In this document: in pieces, positions 11,231-23,119 of the stretch | Layout of the letters: each line of letters opens with the position of its first letter | How positions within the stretch are numbered: position 1 is the stretch's first letter | Source of the DNA: Octopus bimaculoides | Taxonomy: Eukaryota | Direction of reading: 5' to 3' | Length of the DNA: 51,832 bases | Assembly (NCBI RefSeq): GCF_001194135.2 | Contig: NC_069002.1 | Location: 17,502,831 to 17,554,662 of the forward strand | The notes under the pieces: generated by a model | What the model saw: the letters and a program-made list of their open reading frames with translations, nothing else | Database searches by the model: none | Told to the model about the DNA's origin: nothing | Translations under genes and position numbers: made by a program

Positions 11231-11655
11231 ATAGTAGAAGCCCATAATACCATAATGTGGAACTGAACACATGGTTAGAAAGCAAGCTTCTAAACCACAC
11301 AGCCATGCCAGCATCTATTCTGCTTATACTGTCATTTAAATGATATTTATCTTTTGATGATGAGGATGCATGGCCTAGTGGTTAGGTTGTTGCACTCACG
11401 ATCACGAGATTGTGGTTTCAATCCCTAGATCAGGTAGTGCATTGTGTTCTTGAGCAAAACACTTCATCTCACATTGTTCTGCAATCACTTTGACACCTGA
11501 CATGTGGTACACTGTGCACCTGTTCAGGTAAAGCTGATTAGATGGAGGGAATGAGTAAATGTACAGCACATACATTTGATCACTAAAAACAAATTATTTG
11601 TGCAGGTCATTCAGCAAAAACTGGACACTCATACATCATCTTCTATGGGAGAGTC
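11231..11655. repeat. Copy 2 of the SINE A / SINE D block (SINE D longer here)
   Basis: Colinear similarity to 10005-10312 over ~300 bp. Confidence 0.8.
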
Positions 11656-11789
11656 CATCATCTTTTGATGAACAAGCTTTATTGGTATATAAGATTCAAT
11701 AGTTTTATAACTCAGTGCAAGAACTTCCTGCTGAGTTTAAGGGCAATGATTATTTCAAACATCTTAATAATTTCTAATATTGGTACATA

Positions 11790-11885
11790 CGAGGTGGTAT
11801 CAAAAAGTTCTCGGACTAATTCTGTAGCGCACCAACAGATGGCAGCACACAGTTGCATGTGCAGTGAGTGCTAGCAGTGACCTTC
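11790..11885 (+). mobile_element. Mariner left end (TIR and adjacent sequence only)
   Basis: TA + cgaggtggtatcaaaaagttctcggactaatt, close to the reverse complement of the TIR at 25453-25484. Confidence 0.7.
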
Positions 11886-11899
11886 AGAAGCAGAAGACA

Positions 11900-12930
11900 A
11901 TATGGAGCAAAAAGACATAAAAGCTTAAAGAACTTGTAGCAAAACATAGGTTTGGACAGATTCTACTTGATACATATGACAACTGGGAGTTCCTATGTGA
12001 TAATATGCTCAGGGTTTTGGACTAGATATGTAATAAATACAAGGTTCCAGCCAGTTTGAAAATGATGTATTGGTAGAATGGTATGGTAGATAAAGCTGTA
12101 AAAGCTAAAAGACTGCTTTGAAAAGTCTGGAATGAAAATAGAAGTACAGAACATTACCAGGTAGCTTGAAGGGAAGCTAGGTATCAGGTATACTTAGTTA
12201 GGGGTGAAGCAGTCAGGAAGAACTTTGCATGGTCTACAACATGAGGATTTGAGGCTGGAGAGATTCAGGATCACAAGACAATATGACAGAGGGAGCCTAG
12301 ATGTCATCAGGGAGAAGTGTATCTAAAATGTGAAGGCACAATTGCTAGGACTCTGTTAGTAAGAAAAAGGTATGAAAATGCTACTATGAGAGGTTGTTGA
12401 ACAAGTAGAATGCTGATGTCAAACCTGGACTTGTTCATACAAGACTACGGCTCCCACTCTCTGGTTCTCAAAGGTGAACAACTCCCCATGACTGTGCACC
12501 CAACCATGTGGACCATAACCCTTTGGTCGACAACTTCACCTTCGAGATTCCATGTATATTGATCTCTGTATTGTGTCTGCTCTGTCCACAACAATTCTCA
12601 GGCCCTGCAGCTTGGGGCCTATTATACAGGCACAAGTGAAAGCCTGTCTATAGATGCAGTAAATGTGGTAGAGTGAGTGGTCACCCTCATTCAATAAGGT
12701 GCCACTCTAGTCAGTGTAGTGGCAACAGTGACTTCAGTGTAGTAGTATCATTGCAAATTGTTACAAAGACAAAAGAGATGCACCTGAGATGGAATCATAG
12801 AAGCTTTTGAAAAGGTGCCACTGAGAAAACTAGGTATAGCTGAATGGCTTGTAAGGGCTGTACAAGCTATGTAAAAAGGTGCAGTTAAATAAAAAGAGTT
12901 CAGTGGCCAAACAGTCCTAGTTTAAGAGTG
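11900..12930 (+). mobile_element. RTE-clade LINE fragment, decayed and interrupted
   Basis: Broken frames resembling VDKAVKAKRLL and LRKLGIAEWLVRAVQAM after a KAF..VP-like motif; an unrelated-looking block lies at ~12420-12640. Confidence 0.6.
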
Positions 12931-13467
12931 TTCAGACAATAAACATTTTTTTTTCAGACCAATTTATCTAGGACTACATTATTCAAAGTGTTCTTTTCTT
13001 TATGAAAGTAGCATGTGACTTGAGAGAAATCTGATTAGCATCTCTAGCAGGTAGAGATACTGCATAGAAGCTCTCTTGTAAATCAGACCAATATGAAAGC
13101 AAGCAATAAAATGAATAAATGAAAATGTGTGTATTTCATATATATATATATAGTGGTTAAAATAGACTCATTAAGGGATAAAAATATCCAATGAATTACT
13201 GGTTCATTACCTATTATTTTTTTGTGAATAGTAATATTCATAAAATAATAGGTTTAAGAATAAATCTTGGTTTACAAATATTCAAATTAAAATTCAGAAA
13301 ATGGAGATGTAGCATTAATATAATTAATCAACTGCAAAAATTCAACATATTCTCTTACAGGTGTTTCAATTTTGCCCAAAGAATTAAATTCCAGTAAATG
13401 AAAACATTTATATTGGACAAAATCTCATCAGAGGAGTAGAAAAGACATACTGTTAGGTTATTAAATG

Positions 13468-13468
<1 letters not shown>

Positions 13469-13532
<64 letters not shown>
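13469..13532. repeat. (TA)n microsatellite
   Basis: Pure TA run directly 5' of the CRE-like element. Confidence 0.95.
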
Positions 13533-13533
<1 letters not shown>

Positions 13534-15356
13534 TAAGCTAGGTTGTGAAGCTGCTGCTCATGCCACCAGGGCTTTCACCAACTTGTCCTCTGAGTCCCCA
13601 AAGGTCATCCTCAAACTTGACCTTAAGAATGCTTTTAACTCCATCGGTTGAGACGTCATCCTTTGCACAGTAAGGGAGAATTCCCCACCACTTTATCACT
13701 TTGCATGGCAAGTCTATCAAGAGTCCTCCTACTTATCGTTTGGTGACCACCTCATCCCATCTGCCTCTGGAGTCCAACAGGGTGATCCACTTGGTCCTGC
13801 CCTGTTTGCATTGGGTATTGATGATGTTACCAAGGTGGGAGCCGACCTAGACCTAAATGTCTAGTACCTCAATGATGCTTGTTTGGGAGACCCTCCTGAC
13901 CAGGTGCTTGCAACTGTGAAGACAATGATCGAGGAACTTGGTCATAGAGGTCTTAGCATTAACAGCTCCAAATGCAAGCTCTGGCTCCTCAACCTCCCAG
14001 ATTCGCATGAGCAGACTACTAAACTATTTGTTGACTCCCTTTCCTCAATCGTGATTCCTCCTTCATCAGTGTGGTGCTCCTTTGGAGCCCCAATCACTGA
14101 CCTAGCTTTTGAATCCATCTTTATATCCAAAATGGCTAACCTCAAACAACTTTTAAAAAATCTTGAATTGAGCCCCACCAAGGTCTTTTTATATTAAGAA
14201 ATTACTTGTCAATTCCTAAGCTGTTGTATTTTCTGAGAGTTAGTCCCTCTTACAGATTCCTGTTGTCCCTCCAATACTTTGACAACTTAATCTTCAGGAA
14301 ACTCGAATGCTTGGTCAATGTCAAACTCTCCCTAGAGTCCCATGACCAAGCTGTTTTGCCCAATGAGTTTGGGGGGTCTAGGTCTGCAAAAGTGCTCGTC
14401 TTTATCTCTTCCCTGTTTTCTTTCCTCCATCCATGCTTGCTCTCCTTTGGTAGGCAACATCCACTCCTCTCCAACATGGACTAATTCCAACAGGGAAATG
14501 AATGAAGCTCTATCACAGTGGCGAGAGCTAGGTTTGTCAGTTCCAGTTACAGTGGAGGATAGACGGAAACAGAGAGTATAGGACAATCTGTGTTCAGATG
14601 CAACTTTCAACTCTCTCCTTGATCATTCTGATCAATTTTCAAGGTGTCACCTAATTTAAGCTAGTGCAAAATATTGACGAGACTGGATTGATGCCTGTGG
14701 CCAACATTGGAGGTTTATTCAGTCTATATCAACTCAACATCTCTATCACACTCAGAGTGGGAGCTGATATCTGTAGGAGACTGAGATGCCACTGTGGTAG
14801 ATCCCTCAACCCCACAAGTCTTCACGGTCTGTCTTGCCACCTAAATGCTGGTCGCTTCACTCGTCATACCAAGCTAAACCAAATCATTAAGCAAGCCCTG
14901 GCTTGAATTAATATCCGTTAGTTCTGGAGCCATTGAGGTTAACTAGAAGTGATGGAAAGAGACCAGATAGTTTTACCCTCTGTTCCTGGCTTAGAGGTAG
15001 GTGCCTCATTCGGAATTCCACAGTCTGTGACTCCTTTGCTCCCTCCCACATCCTGGATGCTGCTGTTATTGGGAGGGTCACTGCTTCCATAACCGAACGG
15101 AAGAAAACCCTGAAGTATTGGGACCTGACAGTGAACTACCTCTTCCAACCTGTGGTATTTGAGATGTTCAGAGGGACTGAGCCACTAACTGCAAAGTTCT
15201 TGTCAACGTTTGCAGCTTGCCTCATTGAGGGCACTTGGCTTTCCCAATTCCTTAGCCTCACCGTTGCCCGTGGTAATGCTGCAAGTGTGCTGGCTTGCTT
15301 CAGTAAGTTCCATTAAACCTTGTGTTGTAGAACCTGTTGCTGTGATAAAAAAAAAA
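13533..15356 (+). mobile_element. 5'-truncated CRE-clade non-LTR retrotransposon (RT, zinc knuckle, restriction-like endonuclease), pseudogenised
   Basis: RT: LGCEAAAHATR..KLDLKNAFNSI..SGVQQGDPLGPALF..YLND. Knuckle: CHCGRSLNPTSLHGLSC..GRFTRHTKLNQIIKQAL. RLE: LTRSDGKRPDSFT..VCDSFAPSH..KKTLKY..VARGNAASVL. A-run at 15347-15356. Confidence 0.85.
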
Positions 15357-17364
15357 TCCCCACAAATGGTCTCAATACAGTTTTAGCAGAGAGATTTTGA
15401 AGAATTAGATGAAAGTTCTCCGGTAATTTTCTTTCATGTAAATAAAAGTTATTAACTCTTCAGATTGAATTCTGTCTGTTGAATTGAACTAATATAATCT
15501 GTTACTGGTCTCAGTTTATGAACCAACTTGCTTCCAGAACAGTATGAAGAGTCTTCAACATTAAAAAAAAAAAAACATAAAGCAGTCATCAAAATTAAAC
15601 CTAGTAAAGTGACGTTTTATTTAATGATGCACTTGAATCACAATTACTAACGATATCTTAATTAGGAAGTAGAGATGAATGTCAGTGAGCACAAGAATGG
15701 TGGACAACTGGAGCACTCGACCAGGAGGGAAGGAGTCCAAAAACCAACAGTTTATTCATTGGGCCACTGGCGCTCCTAACAGAGAATTACTCAGAGGCCT
15801 GAATGCATTATTTAACATTAGTCATTACATCTTTGTAGAGAAAGAAAAGCATTCTTGGACTGTCTGAGAGTGTTTACCGAGGAAATCTGCCAAAGAATAC
15901 AGAAAACAAGGAAATACTAGAAAACTCTCCTTTCTTACTAAGAGATTATGTTGACGCCCGCATTGATTTTCTTTTTTTCTTTTTCGCTTTTCTGTCTTCT
16001 ACGCAATCTCTGTTAACTGTTGTACTTTTGTCATCTTATACAAAAAAGCATTGAGTATCCCCTGCTTGAAAGTATCTCCATCGCTGCTACCATTAAAGAA
16101 CACATTATTCTATCTTTGAAGCAAACATCAATATTATTGTCGCTTTCGATATATAATAACGAGGGCAGCGAAACAACAATGCTACTGAAGTAGTCTCTTA
16201 CACGACCGCTTCACATGCTAGAAACAGAAACTAAATATCCCTTAACACTCCACCTCTTTTTAAAGAACGAACTGTACAATAAACAGATACCCCCCCCCCC
16301 TAAACAGACGGATACATCACCGCAAGGAAATATCTAACTACAGACCTGACCAGAGGCTAAATAACAAACGATATTTCTTACATGGACACACAAGACGTTG
16401 GAAGAGAGACGAGGACAATGGGGGAGGAGGAAAGAAATTTGAGACGTTCATGTTTTAGCGGCATGAGAGAAATAATGATGGATTATAAACTGCGGAATTG
16501 GAACCAGATAGTCTTCCAAACACGGTTTCAAAGACTGAAACAATATTTTTGAACGGGAATTTATGAGAAACTAATTCCTGTATTATTTAGACAGATAACG
16601 AAAAGATGATCATATTAACGAATTGACAACAGAATGTTGCCGCTGCGATCGTTCGAGAATAATTAATAACGCGTTATTAGCATATTAAAGCTTAATCTAA
16701 AACGTTACGAACACGTATTAGTATCATCATATAGTTATCAATATTGCATATTACTACTACTTTTGTGGAAGAGACAATCCTTAGATTTGGGTTATAAATC
16801 CCTTCCGAAAAAATAGTATAGGGAAATATTTTACGCTGATAAACAAGTGGAAATGAATAATTGTTGATAAAAGAAAAAAAGAAAAACATTACTGACAACA
16901 TTAAAATTATTTAATTTAATGAACTGCATTCGAACATAAGCTAATGATCACCACTTGGTTCAGTAATCGAAACTTATGCTCTGATACACACACATCGTAA
17001 CATTCATATCTATTTTTTTGTCCATTTAAATAGTGTACTTATATTGTGTTGTAATGTGTATTTATTCATTCATTCTTCATCTGAGAAGGATGGCCTAATG
17101 ACAATTAAGGAGATTTTCATTATTATTATTATTATCAATACTATTTTAATTCATTTTTAGCCTCAGGATACAACATCAGATCCCAGTAGTATCACAACTA
17201 CCACCGATTATTTCAACCAAAACAACTCATTTTTAAAGAAAATAAACATACAAATATGGCCAGTGTTAAAAAAAAAATTGAATTTAAGGTTATTATTCTG
17301 GGGTAACGATGTGTTAAAAAACAAAGATATAATGATGATGATGGTTTCAAATTTTGCCACACGG

Positions 17365-17516
17365 GCAGCAATTTTGAGGGAGGTGATGAGTCGATTAGAT
17401 CGACCCCCAGAGTTTCACTGGTACTTATTTTATCGACTCCGAAAGGATGAAAGGGAAAGTCGGCCTCGGCGGAATTTGAACTCGGAACGTAAAGACGGAT
17501 GAAATGCCGCTAAGCA
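17365..17516 (-). mobile_element. SINE family B copy retaining CpGs
   Basis: ttatcgactccgaaaggatgaaagggaaagtcggcctcggcggaatttgaactcggaacg. Confidence 0.85.
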
Positions 17517-17679
17517 TAATAATAATAAAATCTTGGCGGGAGTAACAAGTTGTCTGTTGTCCAGGAAATCAACAAGTAAATAGAATGGCTATCGTAGCTG
17601 CAGTCCTTTCAACACTGACTTTTCTTTTCGTTTTTTTTTTCCGTCAGAAAGGATGACAGTAAAATACATGCAAACAAGG

Positions 17680-18850
17680 AAATTTTTATGTGGTCATTTG
17701 ATCTGCTAGAAATAACAGCCAAATCTCCCTAAAATCACACCCTACCGTCATGGGAGGGGGGGATATCATATAATGTAGTCCCTAGTTTTCACACCTCACG
17801 AAGTAACAGTAAAAGATACTAGTCCAACAGGAGCAATCAGAGCCTGTTTGTGCTTGGATAATCTGCTAGAAACACCAGCCAATTCTTCAAATCATACCCT
17901 ACAGTCTTGGAACCAAAAAGGAAGGACACATCTTATAATGTAGTCCGTTGCTTGGTACCCCCTTCTTCACCTCTCCCCCTAAAAAACGAAATGATCGCAG
18001 TGAGAATGCTTTTGATCACAGCCTCTTTCTGTAGTCATTCGACCTGCTAAAAACAGCAGTCAAACATTCCTCAAATCACACCCCACGGACCGCAAACAAA
18101 ATTTAAAAAAAAACAATACATTAGATATTGTAGTCTCTTATATGTTGTAACGCATATAATCTTCTCGGCCACGACTGACCTGGCTCTCAACAACAACAAC
18201 AGTAACTACCAGTGGCAGATAAATTACATGATTTAGTTTCGTTTCTCCTTCTTCCTTGTTTGTTTGTTGTGAGCAGAAGATTCTTCCTGTTTAGCCTCGT
18301 CCAGCAGTCTCCATCACATCTTTGGTGAGGCTTTTGAATAGCCTCCACAACATCAAGACAATGAACTGCATGGGTTTTACCTTTATCTTTTTAAATTATT
18401 GCCGTGTTTTCATGCTACAGGAATTACAAATCTAAAACAATCCTTCCCACCCACCCGTCCCCATTTTTTTTTGTTTTTGTTTTTTACATTTTCGAACCCC
18501 ACCCACTATCCGATTCCGTACCCTTTTTCTTCCCTACGAGGTAGCAGTGGCTATTCCGAAACACTGCCCTGTCTTTTTGTACATCTAGGACTACATTCCC
18601 CAATGTATCCCTTTCTTTATAAGAAAACAGGGTGTGGTCTGAGGGAGATTCAGCTGTTATTTCTTGCACATCAAATGGCCACATAGAGTTTCCCTCATGT
18701 TGTAGCTGTTCCAAAACTCCATCCCGTCCTTTTGTATATCTAGAGTAACATTCTTTCGTGTATCCTTTCTATGTTTTTGTTTTTGAGAAGGCAACGCGTA
18801 AGCTGAGAGATTTGGCTGCTATTTATAGCGGATCAAATAATCATATCGAA
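17680..18850. repeat. Cluster of partial copies of an unclassified interspersed repeat (family E), both orientations
   Basis: Recurrent ctgctagaaata.cagccaaatctccct.aaatcacaccctaccgtc and its reverse. Related pieces at ~1220-1390, 3040-3300, 16200-16380, 20000-20150, 30700-30830, 39170-39420. Confidence 0.65.
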
Positions 18851-18963
18851 ACTCCGCCACATCTTTTAGGCTAACTAGGACAAAACTGTATCCATTTTTT
18901 GTTTTTAATATTTTAATAAGGTAATCTGGGGGCGATTACAACCAAGTTGAAGAAACCACATAC

Positions 18964-18998
18964 GTTTTCCTCCTTGGTGTAGTTCGGTTCTTCCTCAA
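18964..18998 (-). CDS. Candidate 35-nt exon of the unidentified minus-strand gene (LRKNRTTPRRK)
   Basis: attagcag acceptor and AAC|GTATGT donor; open in phase 0 after MSTDRRSQ. No homology recognised. Confidence 0.3.
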
Positions 18999-19305
18999 CT
19001 GCTAATTACATATCTAAAAGAAGTAACTGCACGCTCAAAACTGTAAACATAGCTGCAACTATTTAAAAAGCAATAAGGTGAGTGATTAAGTAATTAGAGA
19101 GAAAAAGAAGGTAGTTCCCGGTAAACCTGCTATGGAAAATTTGATTTCGATTTCCCTGTTTGATACGACTTCACTTTGGTGTTTATGAATAATATAAATA
19201 AAACCTGAATATCACAACTTCCTGTTTAAGATCAAAGTAGAAACATAATAATAATAATAATAATAATAAGTGACAGCGTATTACTCGTGCTATTTCTCAA
19301 CGTAC

Positions 19306-19329
19306 CTGACTTCGTCGATCAGTCGACAT
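19306..19329 (-). CDS. Candidate first coding exon (MSTDRRSQ) of an unidentified gene running left
   Basis: ATG with A at -3 (gacactATGT), strong CAG|GTACGT donor, located in CpG-rich unique DNA ~250 bp from the promoter motif. Confidence 0.4.
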
Positions 19330-19449
19330 AGTGTCCGTCCTAAAACAAACCTCAAGTCAGCAGATTCGCAGGAGAAAAAAGAGAGATACAAGACGTCGTG
19401 TCCTGTCGTCTCTTTTTACGTTTTTTCTTTTTCTTTTTAATCTTCGGCA

Positions 19450-19700
19450 AGAGACTGGTCAACCTCAACGTTCTGAAGATGATTCTGTTGCCTCTGCCCA
19501 AAATGTGTGTTTGGCGGCAGTAGCTGGCGCTACAGCTGTTTATTTGATCGGCCCAAACCGAAGGACATGTTCCATTGGAAGTGACGTCACAACTCGCACG
19601 ACAGCTGCTTTGGTCTCTGGCAGGGGAAGAGGGGGAGGAAGAAAAACAGAGAGAAATTCCGAAAGTAGCGTCCCCTAGCGGTGGCCTTACAAATAATAAC
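19450..19700. promoter_or_regulatory. CpG-rich promoter-like segment with overlapping CCAAT / ETS / CRE motif
   Basis: ATTGG 19574-19578, GGAAGT 19577-19582, TGACGTCA 19582-19589 within the palindrome GTGACGTCAC; repeat-free and GC/CpG-rich relative to the flanks. Confidence 0.6.
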
Positions 19701-20228
19701 CACTTCACGAGTTATCTACTCTTGATGTAGTTGTTGCATTTCGCCTTTTTATCACAGAGGCAAATTGAATTATGTCGGAGGACAATAATAATAATAACAA
19801 TGATATTTATCTGTTCCGAAATACAGTAGAAACTATTATTTAACATCGTTAATCTTAATGGTTAACAAAGGCAATATTTAAGTGTAAAAAAGGTTTAAAT
19901 GAGTTGGGCTTTATGAGTGTAGTCGGTGTTTACTTCGTATGATTGTGTGCGTGTTAGCAATGAAGCAAAATTCGGACTTCGTTGTTATTTTAGCGCACGG
20001 CTCGGCCCTGACTGAGTGAACCCTGTAGTCAAAGATGGTGTAGCAGTGACAAACCCGTCTTAAATATGGAATGCATTGTCCTAACGTGTCCTTCCTTTTA
20101 AGACAGTGCGGTGTGGATAGAAGGAGATTTAATTGCTATTTCTAGCAACGCGTTTGACTTTCTTGTTGATTCGTTGTTTCGTGGATGTAATAAACTTCAC
20201 TTATTTACTGTTTATTATTTTTCATTTT

Positions 20229-20540
20229 GAGGCGGCGAGCTAGAGGAAATGTTATCAAGCCGGACGAAATGCTTAGCGGTATTTCGTGTCTTTACATTCT
20301 GAGTTCAAATTCTTTCGGGGTCGATAAATTAAGTATCAGTTGCGTACTGGAATCCATCTAATCGACTGGCCCCCTCCCCAAAAATTTCGGGCCTTGTGCC
20401 TAGAGTAGAAAACAATATTATTATTATGTGTGTGTTTCCGCCAAGGTTGACTTCGCCTTTCAACCTTAACTAGTTGATTAAATAAATACCAGTCAAATAC
20501 TGGAGTTGATGCCAACCTTGTGCCAAAATTTGAATCCATA
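20229..20540 (+). mobile_element. SINE family B (internally deleted) plus a second partial copy
   Basis: ggcggcgagctag...tttcggggtcgataaattaagtatcagttgcgtactgg...gggccttgtgcctagagtagaaa. Confidence 0.8.
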
Positions 20541-21724
20541 ATGGTTGTTGTTATTTGGTCGCATGTCAGCCCGGATACAACAGACCTACTATCAAAGACG
20601 TTCCAACCGAAACCATTCTTTCCTTCCGTTTTTTCTTTTACATACATTCATGAATGTGACATTTTTAAAAGGTGGTAGGTTGCGATTTGAGGGAGGGAAA
20701 CACGTCGTGGCTCCCTTTTGGGCTCAATTTTTTTCTGCCTTTCTCACCTCTAATTTGTAAGTTGGAGATATAGAATATTAAAAATGTATTGTGGTGGTTA
20801 TTTTTAGTCCAATGCTGCAACTATAAATTTAACTCACCGAATTCTTCCTACCAGAGAACTCATCAAAATACTCTAAAGACTATTTGACACCTGTTGATAT
20901 AAATACACACCTCTGTCTCCTTCAATCTGTGTTACACACCCAGTCAAAAACTATTTGTTGCTACGATACAGAGCAGAATCAACAGAGACAAATTAAATGC
21001 CTTACCATTTTACTCTTTTAATTCCATTCACATTTTGGATGCCTTATAGGAATATATCTGGCCGTTTGTGTGCACCTTGCGACCACCACCACCCAGTCAG
21101 ATTCTCTTGTAAAAATCCTTTGCAGGAGAGTGGATTAGCGTTTAGTTGTGTTGTTATTTGGTACGCTGTTTAGCATGCTATTATAGTATGAATGTTTTGG
21201 ACGTTGGTGTCTACTTCGCTCCTTTACACACGAGTTCTAGCAAAATTTCCAATGTTGTTCCAACTATTCAAGTATTATCCATCGTCTACAACCAGTGCAC
21301 TCTACAAGATTTTATCCATGGTGATAAAGTCTTTAGCGGTGCCTCATTTTGAAGAATATGGTCCCTTTGACCGCCATTCTCACACTAATGTGTCCCTTTT
21401 ATAGTTGTAATCATCTTAAAACTTATCTTTGTGCTGACAAGCTATATAATGGTTTTATTTTTCTTTTGGCCGTTCCACAAAGGGCTATCGTAATTTCACA
21501 ATGGGTCAGATGAAATTTGTTGAAGCAAATTTTCTATGGCCAGATAGCTTACCTGTCGCCAATCCTCACTTGTTTCTAAAGCAGGTATTTCCTCCTTTGT
21601 TGTTCCATAGAATACTGGAAACAAGCAACACCATTTTTATGATAGTAATACCCTTTACGCCTAACGCACGGTATGAAAACAAGGAAATAAACGCGCGCTA
21701 AGACACACACACACACACATATAT

Positions 21725-22007
21725 ATTCTTTTACTTGTTTCAGTTATTTGACTGCAGCCATGCTGGAGCACTGCCTTTAGTCGAACAAATCGACTGCAGG
21801 ACTTATTCTTTGTAAGTCTAGTACTTATTCTATCGGTCTCTTTTTGCCGAACCGCTAAGTTACGGGGGACTTAAACACAGCGACATCTGTTGTCAAGTGA
21901 TGGTGGGGGAACAAACACAGACACACAAATACATATATATATACACACACACACATGTTATTTATTATTATTATTTAATTGAACGCCACACATCCATTTC
22001 CAAGTAA

Positions 22008-22040
<33 letters not shown>

Positions 22041-22140
22041 CGCAGGAGTGGCTGTGTGGTAAGTAGCTTGCTTACCAACCACATGGTTCCAGGTTCAGTC
22101 TCACTGCGTGGCACCTTGGGCAAGTGTCTTCTACTATAGC
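21725..22140. mobile_element. SINE family A 3' half (minus) and head (plus, from 22039) around (CA)/(TA) repeats
   Basis: tttacttgtttcagttatttgactgcagcc...; ggcgcaggagtggctgtgtggtaagtagcttgc. Confidence 0.8.
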
Positions 22141-22149
22141 CATCTCTTC

Positions 22150-22830
22150 TACTATATCCATCTCTTCAAATTCTGTCTGACCCATGCAAGCAAGATTGCA
22201 CATATTCCTTGCAAGTGGTAAACCACCTAAAAAGCCAAGAGAAGGTATTATATGCCCTATCCATAAAGGCTAAAAACTACCGGCCCATGTCTTTGACTTC
22301 ACACAGTCAAAAAGAAACTGATAATGTTCCTAGACAAAAATGACATTGAATGGTATTCAGCATAGCTTCCAACCAGGAAGAAGTTGCCTCACACAGTTGT
22401 TAAGGTACTATGAGTGAGTTTAGAAGCAGCTATTTGACCATTTAGATGTTGATATGATATAGCTCAGCTTCACAAAGGCTTTTGATCAGGTGAGTCATTA
22501 CGTGATCCACCTTATCATAGTGGATGAACTCGGAGAGTGACTTCCTAAAAGATAGAAATCAGGCAGTTTCAGTCAGCAGTGCCCTCTCTAATGAAACAAA
22601 CCCTGAATGCAGTCCCCCAGAGAACTGCTTGGGATCATTACTGTTTATGAGTGGCTCTCTTAGAAATACTATTGTCAATCAGACAGTCACTGTCACTAGG
22701 TACGCCAATGATACAAAATTATTACAGGCATTAACCTCGACAATGTTGAAGGATTACACCAGGACTTGAAAGCAATATAAAGAAAACTGAGGAAAACAAC
22801 ATGCAGTTTAATGCTGGAAAATGTCAAGTA
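22150..22830 (+). mobile_element. CR1/L2-like LINE reverse-transcriptase fragment
   Basis: PIHKG..NYRPMSLTS; QHSFQPGRSCLTQLL; FTKAFDQVSH; LGSLLF; YANDTKL. Confidence 0.75.
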
Positions 22831-23119
22831 CTGTGCTACCAGCTCACAAATGATAAAATATACCATAATTTATTGGTAAATCTACATACGCTAAGACTAA
22901 ATGAAACTAATAAAAATGAATTTGGTACTTTATTTAGCAAAATAAAATGGCACAAAAGCAATTGGAAGGTGAGAAAATAGATTTTACAAGGGTTCCATTC
23001 ATTTTTAAGGTTCAGCACTTCAAAATTTCTTCTTTTTAGCTTGGAAACTATGCCTGGAACTCTTTTGCTTACGTGTATTCAGATGTGATATGTAGCAGAA
23101 GTCTTCCATCATATTGATA

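Noticed and set aside
13361-13400. Plus-strand terminal exon GVSILPKELNSSK*
   Set aside because: Only an acceptor supports it; no homology and no linked upstream exon.
19331-19708. 115-aa and 118-aa overlapping ORFs as proteins
   Set aside because: Low-complexity with no recognisable domain; GC-rich promoter or UTR DNA yields such ORFs by chance.
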